Shown here piece by piece: positions 49,975 through 64,000 of a stretch of DNA of 64,000 nucleotides (its first letter is position 1; every line of letters starts with the position of its first letter). Origin of the DNA: Podarcis gaigeae (lineage: Eukaryota). Both the position numbers and the translations under genes were made by a program. The notes below the pieces were generated by a model. It was not told where the DNA came from. It saw only the letters and a list, made by a program, of their open reading frames with translations, and made no database searches. The DNA lies in NCBI GenBank assembly GCA_964106915.2, contig OZ066918.1. One strand, given 5' to 3'.

Positions 49975-50700
49975 AATTAGGGGTCTGCAGAACACACCCA
50001 AGGGGCCTGCAGCCCCATCCCTTGCCTCCCCCCAACTAAACTTCTGTCATTTTTGCAAGGCAATACTGTATCACAATTTTTACGGCCTGTTTTAGCGCTG
50101 TGCGGTTTTTCAATATATTGGTCAAAATCGGTTTCGAAACCACACCACAATAACGATTTTGACCTGGCAATACCCAGCGATATATCACTCCTCGTGCAAG
50201 GGTGAGCAGGGCGGCCAATTTCAAGACACTGCTGATACCACATGATTATCTCAGCCGATAACGCTGCTGATCTGAGCTGTGCTCGCGCTGAGGAAAAACA
50301 GCACAGCCAGCTGCAAGGTGCTGCTTTCCTCTCATGCTGACATAGAACAGGACAGCTGATTGCCCTCACTTCAAGGCACCGTGGCACTACCTTCCTCTGG
50401 CACTAAGGCGGAGCCGATTTTCTCAGTCAGCAGGAAAGCTGCAGCAGCCACAGTAGTTGTGCATCTTTACTGGCGGCTGCCACCACCGGCTGCCCCACTG
50501 ATGGAAGCATGATGCACCCCATCCCCTCCAATCCAAACCATGCAGTGCAGGTGAATCCACTTCCTCCTCCCCCCATCCTATCTCTGCAGCTGCTCCTTCC
50601 CTCATCCCCACGCCTGATCTGCACGCCCCCCTCCCACGTGATCTCTGTGACTGCTTTTATTTTCAAAAATTAAGAGTTGCTCTAACTCCAGAATGGAGTC
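49975..50700. mobile_element. Degenerate hAT-like DNA transposon fragment
   Basis: CpG-rich island with cgata/cggtt subterminal-type motifs and a GC-rich interior. Termini not resolved. Confidence 0.35.
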
Positions 50701-53700
50701 CTTGAGGATGACTTGCCTTGACTATGATTAGTACAACCATTCATACTTTTAAATTTCTTTTCTGGGGGGTTGAAATGGCTTACTTATTGTGCTAATATAA
50801 ATAAATTAATGGTGACTGTTAGCAACTTGCAACAAATACAAGATATATATTATAGGGTCGCAATGTTGATAAGAATACCAACTTTGGTAAGCCTTCATAC
50901 AAGCTAGTAAAACCCCTCCACCCCACTCAGTCTTGTTATACATCTGCCTATATAGGCATTTTTGTATGCAGCTACTCCCTTCAGATGTACCCAGTTTCAA
51001 AACAAGGACTATTTCTCAATAGTAGGTTCCCTTTGCCAGTAGTGACATCAGCTATTAAAATGTTACAGGATACTAAAGTCCAGCTGCCCTTTGTGAAAGA
51101 AGGGTGAGAGTATGCAAGTATCTCATATTTGTGGAATATGCTTTGTGTCCATGAAGAAAGAAGACCTGTGTAAACTTGGCAGGTATCACTGTATGTAAAG
51201 ATATTAAAAGCTTAAATGGATGCTCTACACTGATTATAATGATGTAATTGCTACGCCAATTCCTGGCTAGCACCGTATTGCACCTAATTAGTCCCACATC
51301 ATACCATAATTAAGGAGTAAGGTGCAAAGAATGCAGTCTTAGTCAACAAAGTCAGAAAGACAGCTATGAAAGGAAAACAAAGAACATTCTAAACCAAGCT
51401 AAAAGAGGAACAAATAAAATGCCTGCTACAATCTTGACAGATGTCTGTCTATTCAGCACATCCTGCTCATAGATTGAACAGTACAAGTCTGTTTTTGTTT
51501 CCTGACTTCTGCTAAAAAAACACAACACAATTGTAACCCAGCTGAAATTACTATAAAAATACCTGTATTTCTCATTTATCTAAGTAATAGAAGATTCACA
51601 GCTGTGAAATATTATATTTAGACGAAGACTGCAACGGCCCACTTCTTGTTCCTGATGGAAAGACATCTCTTTCTGCTTTCTACCAAGACACAACAGACAG
51701 GTTGTAGACACTCCCTGTTAATTAAATCTAATTGTCTTCTCTATGCCTTTCTCTGTCTATCTGATTTGAAGACCACTTTCCTGAGATCTAAACCTGTAAT
51801 GTATATGGATCCTTTACCCAGAAGTCAATAGGTAATCTTAGGAAAATTCCTAGGGTTCCTTCCTTGGAGTAGACAGCCAAAAGCCTCTAAGGAAAGAGGA
51901 GTCAGGTACACAAGGTAGGCTCAATAGAGATTTATTAATCATTAAGGCCCCTCTGAATGATCAGCCACAAGGCTATTTCCACAAGCATGGTCTGAGAACA
52001 GTACATGCCCTTAGGATCTTCTTATACACTCTTCACTATACTATCAGGTAAATACACGCAATCCTTGTGCCCGTATCATTTATGCAATATTATTACCTAA
52101 AGCTATGCGTGAACAGCTTGTGGACTCTCTACCTGGCTTTCCAATTGGACACACCATATTTGGAGTTGTTTTCCACTTAGAAACTCCCATTATCTTATTA
52201 AGGTGTTATCCTCAATCATTCCTTTTCAGCAGGTTTTGGCTTGCATATTTTGTTACCTTTCCCTCCCAAAATTGTCCTTGGCAATTCTCCTTGTTTGTGC
52301 CAACTCCTTATCATTACATTGCGATATGTTTTCTTCCTCTTATCTGAATAGCTATTAACCTCCTATTAAAAGAACATAGTTGCTGAGGTGTATAACAGAC
52401 ACACACACCTCTCTAACAGTAAGAATGTCACAACATCTCTTCCCATAAGATGCTGTGTTATCCCTTGATACATTAAAGCTTAGAGTCTAGACTGAGCAAC
52501 AATTTGCTGTTTAACCTTCATATACTCTCCCATTTAAGGATGGCTAATGGCTATTTCAATATTTACTATCTGGAATCTTTCTTCTAGGTCAGGGATGGGG
52601 AACCTGTGGCTCTTCAGATATAGCTAGGCTTCAGCTTCCCTCATTTATGAGCATTTGGAGTTGGAGTCCAACAGCACTAGGAGAGCAGCACTGATTAGGA
52701 AGCCCAAATCAGAGTTAATGGTGCTTATCAACTTGTAAAAGGATGTTTTCCACAATGCCTGGTTTTATTTACTATGATTCCAATGTGGACATTTGGGAAG
52801 ATGCTTTACCTGAGATATCCTGTTACCTACAAGACATTGGAAACATGTTTGTGCCTGTCATAGGACATAGGCCACATGAAAAACTTCATGCAGAACCAGA
52901 AGGCCAAATGGATGGCCACATTAAATCCAGCAATGCTCCCAAAAAGGTATCCTTTAAGTTCACCCTTATTTTTTGGCTATCACTTGAGCAGCCCTGTCTG
53001 ATTGAGCCATATGCCCAGCATATGCTTTCCCGTAATACCACAACCTTTATTGTTTATATCTCTGATGGTCAATATAAGCTAAGATAAAAGAAGAAGAAAC
53101 AATAGGTATGGACCAAGAAAGGTTTGAGGCAGTGTTACTATATCAAGTTTAATCATGTAGTTACTGCTCTGTTGTGAAACAATATCTATCACTGCAAAGC
53201 TGATTTTACATTTCATTTATTCATTTATTTATCTTATTATTCAATTGTCATCTGAAGCTCTCCAAACAACTTACATTTAAGAAAAACATGCACATATGTT
53301 ATATAAAACGGGTGATATTCAACTTAGCTTTTCTCAAAATAATCCCCTGAAATTAAAGAACAACTTAGCCATGTTAATTAATTTCAATGGGTTTACCCAT
53401 ACTTGAATACCACCCAATATTTTTATATGAAGAAATAAATCCAGTTCATTATCTCTGTTTAGACTTGCATGCAAAGTAACACTTTTTAATCTGGGTGGAA
53501 AACAAATAATGGTGACAGTGACTAATGGGCATAAATGCTAGAGACAAGATACACAGAAGACAAGGGTCAGTTTGCAAACTGGTTCAGAAAACAAGTTGAT
53601 TGACTTGGGCAACATTCAGGCATGGCACTCTTCATATCAGTTCTGAAGAAAATCAGAGACTTCATATGTCTCCCCGTTAACTGACATGAGGAAATTAATA

Positions 53701-55042
53701 AATGGCTATAACATTTTTACTCTTTTGACAGAATTGGATAAAATTTGCAGGCATAGTGAATGAAGTTTGCCAAATTTCACAGAGATAGGTACAGGAGGTT
53801 TTGCACAAGGTGAGTATTTAAAGTTTGGGGGAAATTATTTATTCGTTCTTTGGGGGGGGCATTATCTGAAAATGATAAACATCATAGACATGCCCTTAGG
53901 TTTAACCTGAAAAAAAATTGAAAGATGGCTGCAGGGGGCAGAGGGGTTGAGAAAGAAAGTTGTTAAGGTAAGTAACAGGGAAATTTATATTTGAGGGAAA
54001 TTTTTATGAAAATAGTGTGCATAAAATTTCAGGAGCTAAGGACCTTGTTGAATGAAAGGCAGCTTCAGGGGGGTTTCAGTTGGGATGTTTTCTGTTCCTT
54101 CTATTATCTCTCCTGAGAGCACTATGATTGGAAGGAAAAAGAGCCTTGGGACGGAAAAATTCTAGTTGTAAGCTAGAGCTCTCAAGTCAGAAAACTACAC
54201 GCCTACTTGTCCATCTGCCCTCCAGTTATTTTCCTTATATGGAGAGCTTAGAGGGGGACTGTAATCTTATTAAATAGTCTGACATTGCCTGGGTCTTCCA
54301 AATGAGACTTCAGGAGCAGCACTTTAAGCTACTTTCTTGAAACCCTGCTTCACCTCCATCAAAGCCTGAATCACTCTGAAGCAGCCTGCTGTGGTTCGGG
54401 ATTCAGGTTTCATCCAAAGTGGGTACACACTCCTACCTATCAAAGTAGTACAACTTACAAATAAGCATAGGATTGCTTTGCATAAACAGGTTGCTATAAT
54501 AAAACAGCCAACTCTTCCTCTTGCTAACCAATCCATGCAATCTAGGATCAGAACTCCTTGGGAGTGTCTTCAGATTTTTCTGTATGCCTTTTTTCTGTGA
54601 AAGATAGCCAACGTATAAAATTGATTTATTCATTCAGACAGGTTATTTGTCACATTACTCAACTCTGCTAATATATTGTCTGTTATTATAAAATCCTATA
54701 AGCTGCCTTTAGCAAAGGTTTCTTCAAACGATTTGCATTGAACAGCTTTTATGGGATTATTTCTAAAGATTTAAAAGCAATCTTAAAATCAAAAAGCTTG
54801 TGAGAAATTCAGCGGGTTCACATCTGACCAAATAATCAGATACCAAGCCTGAGAAAAGAAAAATGGCTAATTTTAACTTTAAAAGATGCTTACTGTGTCT
54901 ACTACAATGAACTTGAGATCACTCAGCTATTTCATATTGCTCTGTGATATCCTAGCACATTATGAATTGACTTCATCTTTTCACCAACTTGTTATTTTGC
55001 TTTTTCCTCCCTTACGAAGTAAGGAATTTCTTAACTTTCTGT

Positions 55043-55070
55043 TCTTGATACCATAATCTTGATACCATAA
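55043..55070. repeat. 14-bp tandem duplication
   Basis: tcttgataccataa twice. Confidence 0.9.
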
Positions 55071-55265
55071 TCAGGTCCCTATTTTCTGTTTTTTTTAAAG
55101 TTTGCTAAAAGAAAAAGAGAATGAACATGAATGGGAATAACAAAATAAATGGAAGGGAAATAAATAAGGAAACAAGTAGACTTTTTATGAATAGCAACAA
55201 ATTAATATGGAAATCAATGGTGGGTGAACAAAGTGAAGAAACTAGCCATCCAGAAGTTGTCAGAC

Positions 55266-55411
55266 CAGTGGCGTAGCGTGGGGGGGGCAGGGGGGGCAGG
55301 CGCACCGGGCGCAACATCTGGGGGTTAGGGTTAGGGGGCGCAAATCCACGGCTTAGGGGGCACAAATTACTTGCCTTGCCCCGGGTGCTGACAACCCACG
55401 CTACACCACTG
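55266..55411. mobile_element. Non-autonomous DNA transposon with CAGTGGCGTAGCG TIRs, nested in an older MITE
   Basis: TIRs CAGTGGCGTAGCGTGGG / CCCACGCTACACCACTG. Direct repeat gtcagac at 55259-55265 and 55412-55418. Confidence 0.85.
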
Positions 55412-56446
55412 GTCAGACTCCAACTTCCGATAGCTCAAGCCAGCATGACCAATGGTTAGGGGTGATGTAGGGGTGATGTAAGTTGCAGTTCAGCAACATT
55501 TGGAGGGACACAGCTTGCCTTAGAATGACTTTTAAAAATGTCTAAGTTGCAAAACTTATTTAAAATATGAACTAAAGATAAGCATTTTATCCCATTTACA
55601 AATGCAATTTGTCACTATAACACTGCATGTTTCACTTATACATCACTACAACCCAAATGCAAAGTAAATAGTTCAACACGTCTATTGACAGCTGTGATAA
55701 ATTACAAGAAACTGAATGAATAAAAAGGTACAATGTCTACCATCACAGAAACTGGGAGATTGTAAAACAACAAAAACCTTTAATTAACTCAGGAAATTAA
55801 AACGTGACTTTAATAAAGCAACCTTAATAACCAGACACACTCAGATGAACTCACTGCCACATATTAATCAAGAACAAGAAGTAATTTCAGGTACATAAAC
55901 AATTAGGTGCTTACATACTGCTAAAATTAAGCAAAATACAAATACATTTTACATGGCTGCTCAGATAAATGATAAAACCCTGATATTAAGGTGCACATAC
56001 ACACAACCATAAATTACAAGACTCTAATTATCTTTTTTAAGGCAGTGTTGATTTAATCATGACCATTTATTATATAACAAGCAAGCTTAACTGGGAACCA
56101 TGCAATTTTGGGGATGTGGATTTAGTAAGCTTAGCTGAAAAGTTTCCTGTTTCCAAGTCCTGGCCGATTTTTATTGCTTCCTGTTGATGATGCCTTTATC
56201 ATCAATTATGAGAAGCCTCTGAATTGCCCTTTGAATTACCCCGATATCTATTTCTATGCAGTGCAGCTTTAATTATCACTTTCCTTGCATATTTTCCCTT
56301 TTTATCTGAATTACTGAAGTAACTATATTTTGATATGAAAGACAAAAAAATAAATAGCATTGAGAATAAATCAGAATGATTCATTCCCACTTATGAAAAC
56401 AAAGACAGGCAGACATTGGGTAAATTAACAGAGCTATTCAATACTA

Positions 56447-56661
56447 CAGTGGTACCTCGGGTTAATAACTTAATTCGTTCCGGAGGTCTGTTCTTAACCT
56501 GAAACTGTTCTAAACCTGAAGCACCACTTTAGCTAATGGAGCCTCCCGCTGCCACCGCCCGATTTCTGTTTACATCCTGAAGCAAAGTTCTTAACCCGAG
56601 GTACTATTTCTGGGTTAGCGGAGTCTATAACCTGAAATGTCTGTAACCTGAGGTACCACTG
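56447..56661. mobile_element. Tigger/pogo-type MITE
   Basis: TA|CAGTGGTACCTCGGGTTA ... TAACCTGAGGTACCACTG|TA, with repeated aacctga motifs. Confidence 0.88.
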
Positions 56662-56964
56662 TATTCATAAGTTGTGATTAAGAGAAGCAATGGACAGACC
56701 CCAGGCTTTTTTAAAAAGGCCCAGAATCTCTGAAAATCCACAGTAGTGGAGATCTGGCTGACACAAAAATGTTTTTCCTTCAGTCTTTTAGACTTTTCTT
56801 CTTTTTTTTACCTAGTAGTTTGGCCTATAAAATGGGGTAGAACAGAGTGGCTTTTGGTTTTAAGTCTTTTCACTTTTTAAAATGTACTTTATTGTTGTGA
56901 CCTGCCCCAAGATTGTTGAATTATGAAGAGCAAATATAAGTTTCACATACAGTTTTCAGTAGAA

Positions 56965-56966
<2 letters not shown>

Positions 56967-57018
<52 letters not shown>
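56967..57018. repeat. (GT)26 microsatellite
   Basis: Direct reading. Confidence 0.97.
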
Positions 57019-57019
<1 letters not shown>

Positions 57020-57249
57020 GGCATATTATGTCCCCAACCTTCCATAGTTACTAACAAAGTATTATATAGTTTGGCTCCTGTGTTACATAGTTTGGCACAA
57101 CAACTGGCTGACACAAAACAACAACTTACACAGATGCACCTTTAATACAGCAAGTCACTACAACGTTATCACACATTTAAATATAGTTTGGAATTTAAAC
57201 CATTTTTGTCTTTGGTCTCTTATTCCCTGAACCTTCATATTTGGATCAT

Positions 57250-57253
<4 letters not shown>

Positions 57254-57284
<31 letters not shown>
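57254..57284. repeat. (GT)15 microsatellite
   Basis: Direct reading. Confidence 0.95.
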
Positions 57285-57285
<1 letters not shown>

Positions 57286-59686
57286 TGCTATGAAGTCCTG
57301 TAACCACTGTAACATCATAATGTGTGGTGTTGGGCTGGAACTAGTGTTTGTGTTGCTTATCTTTAGCACTTACATTTTGGAGCAACAAGAATCAGAGCAG
57401 GTAAAGAGCTTAGACTCTATTTAGCCATGTTTCTCAGTTTATTTAAATGCATTTTGGCAATTTACAGTTGTACTGCATTTATTTGCAGCAACCATTCCTC
57501 TCAGTTTACTCATTTCCTAAAGGAAATTGCAAGTTAATAGAAAAAGCAGCACTGGAACTGCCTCACATCCTATAGTTATTAATTAAGCAAAGTCTGGTTC
57601 AGTAACTCTGGATACTAAAAAAAATAGAGTTAAACAAAGTGCAGTGCTTCTTGAAATGAAGTTTCAACTTCAATAGACATTTTTTTTAAGGTATTGGAAT
57701 GTATATTTTTTTTAAAAAAGGAGCTTTTTAGAATAAAGATGCAAAATGTCCATTTCTAGATAAAGTGGGCACAATATACCAGAAACCTACAGGCATCAAC
57801 TTGATGTTAAAAAAAATATCTCTAGAAATATATTATTCTGTTGAGCAAGGAATGTTGTTTTGTAATCAACAAAACAAGAAATGAACTGTTCCATTAATCA
57901 CATATAATAAGCTTAGGAAACTAACGAACAAAACTTTTGAATGTATCTGATAGCCATAAACTGTATGGGCTAATTGCACTTGTAGCTGGCATAAAATGTT
58001 AAAGAAGTGGATAACATGCTGAGGAATTGTATATAATCCCAGGTTCTGGCAGTTCTGTTTCTTTTTGTCTCACTCCCTCTCCCTCTCCCCTTCCCCCACC
58101 CCAAACCATTTTCCTGAAATGTAACAGGTTATCATTACACAAACTATTTGAATCAGCTTCAACAAAAGATACAGACAAATCGGTCAAATGTATCTGTACA
58201 TTCTGAAGAACAGTGAAAAATGCAATTGTTAAAGCTTTGGGTCCTGAGAAGACAGAAGATGTTATGCATGTTAAGGAAATATCAACAAAGGTTGGCATCT
58301 TTAGATGCTGCTGATACAAGCTGCAGACAAATAGAACAACAAAAGCATTTGTCAGATGAGTACTCTGGAACAACACACATCTAGTTTAGATAAATTAAGA
58401 GATAGGAACAGCTGCCTGCAATGTGCTTCACTTTAAAAGCAAAACAGATGGGCTCTACATTTCACTAGGTTTCAAGAAAGGCAGAGAGAAAGCCACTTTT
58501 CACTAGCTGATCACCATTCATTCAGGTTTGCTTTAAGTAAGCCATTATTTCTATTAAGCTTTCTTTTGCAGTTCCAAACAGAATACATCTGTCACAGTAG
58601 GAACAGGGGGAGATAGATGCTGAAGATCAGCGGGTTGGTAAATGAAACTTGCTATGGTGTGCTATCACAGGCTGACTTCATCTGACTATGTGGATTCTGC
58701 TTCAAGCAGTGTGGCCAATTAAACACACACATGCGCAGCAAAAGAAATGCATCTCCAAAAAAGACAAAAGAAGTTTGTAATAAATTTGCAAATGTTCATT
58801 CATATATAGAGATGCAAATTTAATAAATAACTGATATTATTTAAATAGAAATATAATGTGTCTCATCTCATGGTTGTGGGCAAAACTGACCAGGGTACCT
58901 CTGTGCCTGCTCAGTATGCAACTCAGGAGCCAACTGTTGAGAGGCAACTTCAGGACCTCTCCTGCTTTCCCTTCTTAGGCTTCTTTATCTTTAAACTGGA
59001 GTTGGGCCACGCAGCACTGTAATGTAGGACTCATGGCTGCCAGGGAGCTTGCAAGAGGAGGAGGGGTGAATTAATGCAATGCTACCTAGAGCTGAGTTAA
59101 CACTATTTACTTTTGAGTGTACTTTCACTGAAAATTACCACCCTTATTTTGGGTATTACTTTGAATCAAGCCTATTCATTTCATCATAAACACTGGAACG
59201 AACAGCTGAAAAGTTGCCAGAAACTGATTTTCAAGCTTTCTTGAAACTGTGAACCCCCTAAACTAGCCCATTTCAGGAAACAGCACACTTCTTGGGCTCA
59301 CAGAAGCACAGTGAGTTTATCAGAATCAGCTCAGGGAACATGCCATCCCTGACAACACACCTTGTGTGTTGGCAAACTTTAACAGTCACAATAGACTTCT
59401 CCACTTCCCCTGGTGCATATGAAGGCACATCTTATACTCCCCCCAAACAGAAAAAAGATCACACTTTAATGTCAAATGTATGTCCAAGAATGACTACAAC
59501 TGAAATCCTACACTCACTTTCAAGCAAACACACATAGGATTGTATTGCTAAATTCTTAAAGAAGTTTTATGTAATAGGGGCCACATATAACCCCTTCTTT
59601 TATAATGAAATAGTTGTGTTTCTAAGCTGCAAAAGGTTAACACAACTGCTACTTCAACCTGCTAAGATGAAACCCTCTCCAATAGC

Positions 59687-59927
59687 TAGGGTTGCCATAT
59701 CTTGAACAAAAAAGGGGGGAGGGGGGAGAGGACAGCCCAAGCGACTGCCACCCTGAGTCAGCGAAAGAGGGGCATGGGTGCACAGGGTATAGAGCAGCCC
59801 AAGCCTCTGCCAGCCTCCTCCAAACCCAGACATTTCCTTTAAAGTGTAAAAGTCTGCCTGGATGGGCATGTTGGCCCACCCAAAAAAGGGAATGTCTGGG
59901 TTTCCCCCCGGACGTATGGCAACCTTA
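59687..59927. mobile_element. hAT-type MITE with TAGGGTTGCCATA termini
   Basis: TAGGGTTGCCATA ... TATGGCAACCTTA inverted termini; TSD decayed. Confidence 0.75.
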
Positions 59928-61582
59928 ATTAAAGCTGATAAATTAGAGTAAATTAATAGAGTTCATGTATCATTATGACAGAAAGTCTATTGTATCTTTG
60001 CTGACCCTATTTATTTTTAGTTTTGAAAAAGGAACAGACAATTGTATTCTTGTACTTGTGAAAGTGAAAATGATAGCTGATAGAAGTTGTTGTTCTTTTC
60101 TTAAAGGCCAGTCACTAGTTACTACCAAAATACTGATTATTTATTTACAGTATCTGGATGCTACCTTTTATTAATATAACCAATAAGCAGGTTTTGGTGT
60201 GTTTTTACAATAATAAAAAAATTAAATCATTTAGGATTTATCCATAGCAGTTTATGGCAGCAGGTTATAGCTCAGAACAATAGGTGATTCTATCCAATAA
60301 ATATCCTATTTTTTACTTGGTTATTGGGCTACACTGGAGAGACTGGGATACAGTAGACATTTCCTTCTACTTAGCTGGGCTCTGTCAGGCCAAAATGTAC
60401 CAGCAGATGCATTTGTACTACCAACTGGGACATTTTGAGGGCAGAGCTGACCCAACCAAGGATCTGTTGGATCCCAAGTCAGTCCTACTACTGGTAATGC
60501 ACACATCAGCCCCTAACAAGCATGGTCAACGGCCAGGGATGGCAGAAGTTGTAGTTCAGCAATGCCTAGAGAGCCAAAGGCTCTCCCCTTCCCTCCCTCC
60601 CCTAATGCCAACCCTAAAACAAAGCCTAGGCTGCAATTCTTACCTGGGAGTTAGCACCATTAAAAACAAAGAGGCTTGCTTCTGAGCAGATATGCATATC
60701 ATATTTTAAGTTAACTAAACGGAGAATTCTTAATGAGTGCCTGGACTTTACCTCTTGCACAGCAGGAAACATGCATACGCCTCTTTGCAAAGGTTTTACG
60801 CTTTGCATTTGTGTGTGTGTGTTTAGAAAATAACTTGTTTGGACTTAATCTCAGATGACCCCACCACAGGGAAGACGCATCCTAGTTGCTTGGAAAAAAG
60901 GAAGAGCCAACTGTGTAGATTTGAAGGACTAGAAAATTAGACAAAATCAGGGAAAGTGCATGAAGGGGAGTGGAAAACAAATGCTCTTTAGGACCCATGG
61001 GATTTCTAGCGCCTGGTGTCGAAACAACTTACTCATCAATCACAGCTCTGACTTCACACAGCTAAAACAATGAAAGGCGGGAGAAGCCAGTCTCATTTTG
61101 CAGACTTTGCTTAGAAAGTACCTGCATATTTTGCCTCATAAATTTCTTTCTAGGGGGCTATTTTCATTTTAAATACTTAATTGTTTTAAGCAAAAGGTCA
61201 GAGTCTGGAGACCCTGCTGGCTCTGGGCCCAGTCCATCAGCGTCCTCTGTACCCACTTCTCAGCAGCCTTGAGCATAAACTGTGGGCTATGCTACTGCGG
61301 GTTATGCTAGATGACTACAGTCCTTTAATGTTTTAATACTTTGATTATTTTGTTCATTTATACTACAGGCTTCAAACTAATGACTCTGCAATCTGTCCAA
61401 ATAAAATCATACAAATTTAAAATTATTAACAGTCATTTCATAGTAAGAAGATTAAAACCAAAGCAGTACTATCTACATTTATTTAACTAAGCATACTAGA
61501 TAAATCAATATTTTACTTCTGGAAAGCAATTCAAATAATTTCAAGGAGTTCCAAAGCATTCATTTTGCAACACAATGATTTA

Positions 61583-62105
61583 CCATATATACTGGAATAT
61601 AAACCAACTTTTCTAGCATATTTTTTATGCTGAAAAAGCCTTCCTCGGCTTATACCCGAGTGAGGTGGGTGGCGGCGGAGGAACGAGCAGTGAGAAAGGA
61701 GCCCTTTCTCGCCGCTTGTCCCTCCGCCACCACCCGTCTCTCGCAAGGGCAGGCACAGGAGCCGCGGCTGGGAGAGGTGCGGTATTGCACTGTGCCTCTC
61801 CCAACCGGGCTCCTATGCTTGCTTTTGCGAGCAGCAGAGGTGGCAGTGGAGGGACAAGGAGCCCTTTTGGCCTGCTCCTTCGTCCTCCTCTGCCTTTGCC
61901 CCTGTCGGCGGTGGCAGAGGAGGAGCGAGCAGCCCAAAAACAGCCCTTTCGGGCTGCTTGTTCTTCCTCCTCTGCTGCCGCCACCACCAGGTTTGTGGTG
62001 TGGTGAACCGGCTTATACTTGAGTCAATAGGTTTTCCCAGTTTTCTGTCCTAAAGTTAGGTGCCTCGGCTTATATTCGGGTCGGCTTATACTCAAGTATA
62101 TACGG
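61583..62105. mobile_element. Tc2/pogo-type non-autonomous DNA transposon (MITE)
   Basis: TA|CCATATATACTGGAATATAAACC ... GGCTTATACTCAAGTATATACGG|TA, internal cggcttata repeats and a GC-rich core. Confidence 0.85.
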
Positions 62106-64000
62106 TAATACCAAGGCAACTAAATATAAAAGTGTTTGTTGTTGGCCACATGAACAATGAGTGCGATCAGACCTCTTTCCCAGTGGAGCTCTGCTCTGAC
62201 CCTCTTTGGTCAGCCTCTAGATTTCTTTGGTTTATCTGCTCCGATATCACAGGACCCGTGCTAGTGGGGGAATCAAACCCCTCAGCCTGGCATTGGACAG
62301 GTGTTCTGATATAAACTGTCTTGCATCTGCTTATATTGCAGATATTAATATTATACAGTTAGAAGTGACTGTGAAGTTAGAAATGGAGTGAAAACTGACT
62401 CCATTTGAAATGAAACATTGTCAAGGCCCAGTAATTTAAAACTTTACTTGCAGAACTTTCTTCAAAACAAAACAAAAACATCCAAATAGTTCCATAAGAC
62501 ATATGCCAGTCCAAGGCTTAAACACAGCACCTTACAAAATATGAAATAATTCCAGAAGACCTAGAAGCAGATGTCTATGTCTTCCCACAACCTGCAGTCT
62601 AGCCTACATTCTGCCTGAGCCTGTTTACACCAAGAGCTTCATTTACATCCTTATTCTCACAAAGCCTGGGAACAAAGAGCTCCAGCCACCACCCTTCCAA
62701 GATTTAAAATTCAATACCTCTCATGTGATCTAAGGTTAAGCATGTTAGCTAGCAGAAAACAACAATAGTTGATCAGCTCAGTTAAAGCTCAGGCTCCCTT
62801 AGAATATTGCTGTGGAATTTTCCAATTTTAAACTATTTCACCATTACTTATAGCCAGCGTGAATTAAACCAATTATACTTAACAGCTTAGGGAGCTGGAT
62901 TGTTTGACATAATTTTAGAACTACAACATTAAACATACATCTAAGTGTAAAATGGCTGAGTAGCTTTAAATATATTTTTGCTGATTTTGTCTCTGCTTTT
63001 GCTAGACTTATGTGGACTATAAATGATTTACGGTATTTTGTTTTGCCAGATTTTAGAATATCCTTACATCAAATTAATATAGGCAAATGGGGGAATTCAT
63101 CTAACCATACAAATCATTTTAAGTTTTCCCCTAGATCTTTGTCTCTCTCTGTGTTAATAAGGTTCCAAAAAAGTTATGTTGGTTGGTACAGAGCTGTCAG
63201 TTAAATATGCTGGATGTTAGACCAGTAGGACACTATGAAATCCACAGAGTTCTTTGTGGGATTTCAAGACAGCTGTAAGATGCTTTGCAGAACCTGCAGT
63301 GCAAATTTCTCTCCCACATGTTTCTCTTTTCTTTTCCAGCTGACAGTCCTGACCATGAATTAATCAGTCAGCTTCCAGAAACATAGTTCATAACAATAAG
63401 AAGGAAACCAGGGAAGGAGAGAATGGGTTTACACCAGTAAGTCCACAGAACTGCTGTCCAAGCCTGTTGTGAATAATGATACAGCATTTGTCCTCTGTTT
63501 GCTTGATCTGAATTTTTTTAACAATAGGAGCTCTTTAGCCAGATTTGAAAGCCAAATAAAATAATAACAAATGATTAAATCATTATACCTTCGTTTAACA
63601 TGGATAGGTTGGAATAAGTCTTAATTGCACACATCTATCCCTTTCCTCTGATAGGTGTGGAAAGCAGATACTTCTTCAGTCTAAAAAGAATCAATGAGTA
63701 TGCTTCCTTCTAATACTTAGATCAAATATTAAATATCACCAGATCTTTGGTGTTGAGGATTGGTCTAATGCCTGACAAGGATCCTGAGGGGAAAAGAACA
63801 CTGAAACTGACTTTTACTGTTTTAGGTCCTAACACACTCAAAATCCTTATTTTTTTCCTGCCACTACCTCAAATACAAGGGGGAGAATTCAACATAGTGC
63901 CAATTTAAAGTCCCTTAACTAGTGGGATGACTTGTGCAAGAGAACATGCAGGAAGACATCAAGAAGCCTGGAGGGCTGCATTTGGCACCTGGGCCTGAGC

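Larger units (their letters stand above)
38691..64000 (-). other. ATRNL1: ATRNL1 upstream intron (partial)
   Basis: Pyrimidine tract and AG precede the exon. The expected upstream exon (QLLRERQQMASRPFASV...) was not seen in the window. Confidence 0.7.

Noticed and set aside
55320-55340. Interstitial telomere
   Set aside because: Only about two TTAGGG units, and they are internal to a MITE; reported under that element instead.
57999-58376. 125-aa minus-strand ORF with an upstream tgcag acceptor-like site
   Set aside because: Does not match any ATRNL1 segment expected here, and there is no convincing donor or domain signature.
61531-62022. Multiple overlapping ORFs and an apparent CpG island or promoter
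   Set aside because: The GC-rich core lies inside a TIR-bounded MITE (61583-62105); low-complexity sequence explains the open frames.
1-64000. CRISPR arrays, rRNA or true tRNA genes, prokaryote-type systems
   Set aside because: Eukaryotic intronic DNA with no regularly spaced repeat-spacer array. tRNA-like A/B boxes occur only as SINE heads.

Overview
Vertebrate (squamate, most likely lacertid lizard) genomic DNA. The window is almost entirely intron of a large minus-strand gene, ATRNL1 (attractin-like 1). Only one exon is recognisable: the 115-bp penultimate coding exon at 38576-38690, encoding GSPKPIAIEPCSGNKAAVLTVFLCLPRGSSGVPPPGQS of the cytoplasmic tail. The introns carry a typical lizard transposon load: Sauria SINEs, Squam3-like SINEs, CR1, L1, L2 and BovB/RTE fragments, Penelope-like remnants with hammerhead ribozyme motifs, many Tc1/pogo- and hAT-type MITEs, and microsatellites. 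The most striking element is a young, near-intact 4-kb LINE (APE endonuclease + RT + C-terminal zinc knuckle, probably RTE-X clade) at 23400-27381 with a perfect 10-bp TSD. Its ORF1 and ORF2 are in the same frame, separated by a UGA-C stop followed by a possible pseudoknot, and ORF2 has no ATG upstream of its first catalytic motif. Its ORF1 tail also contains a canonical PCNA-binding PIP box with the Gln codon replaced by TAA. Repeat family names were assigned from remembered motifs, not from database searches.
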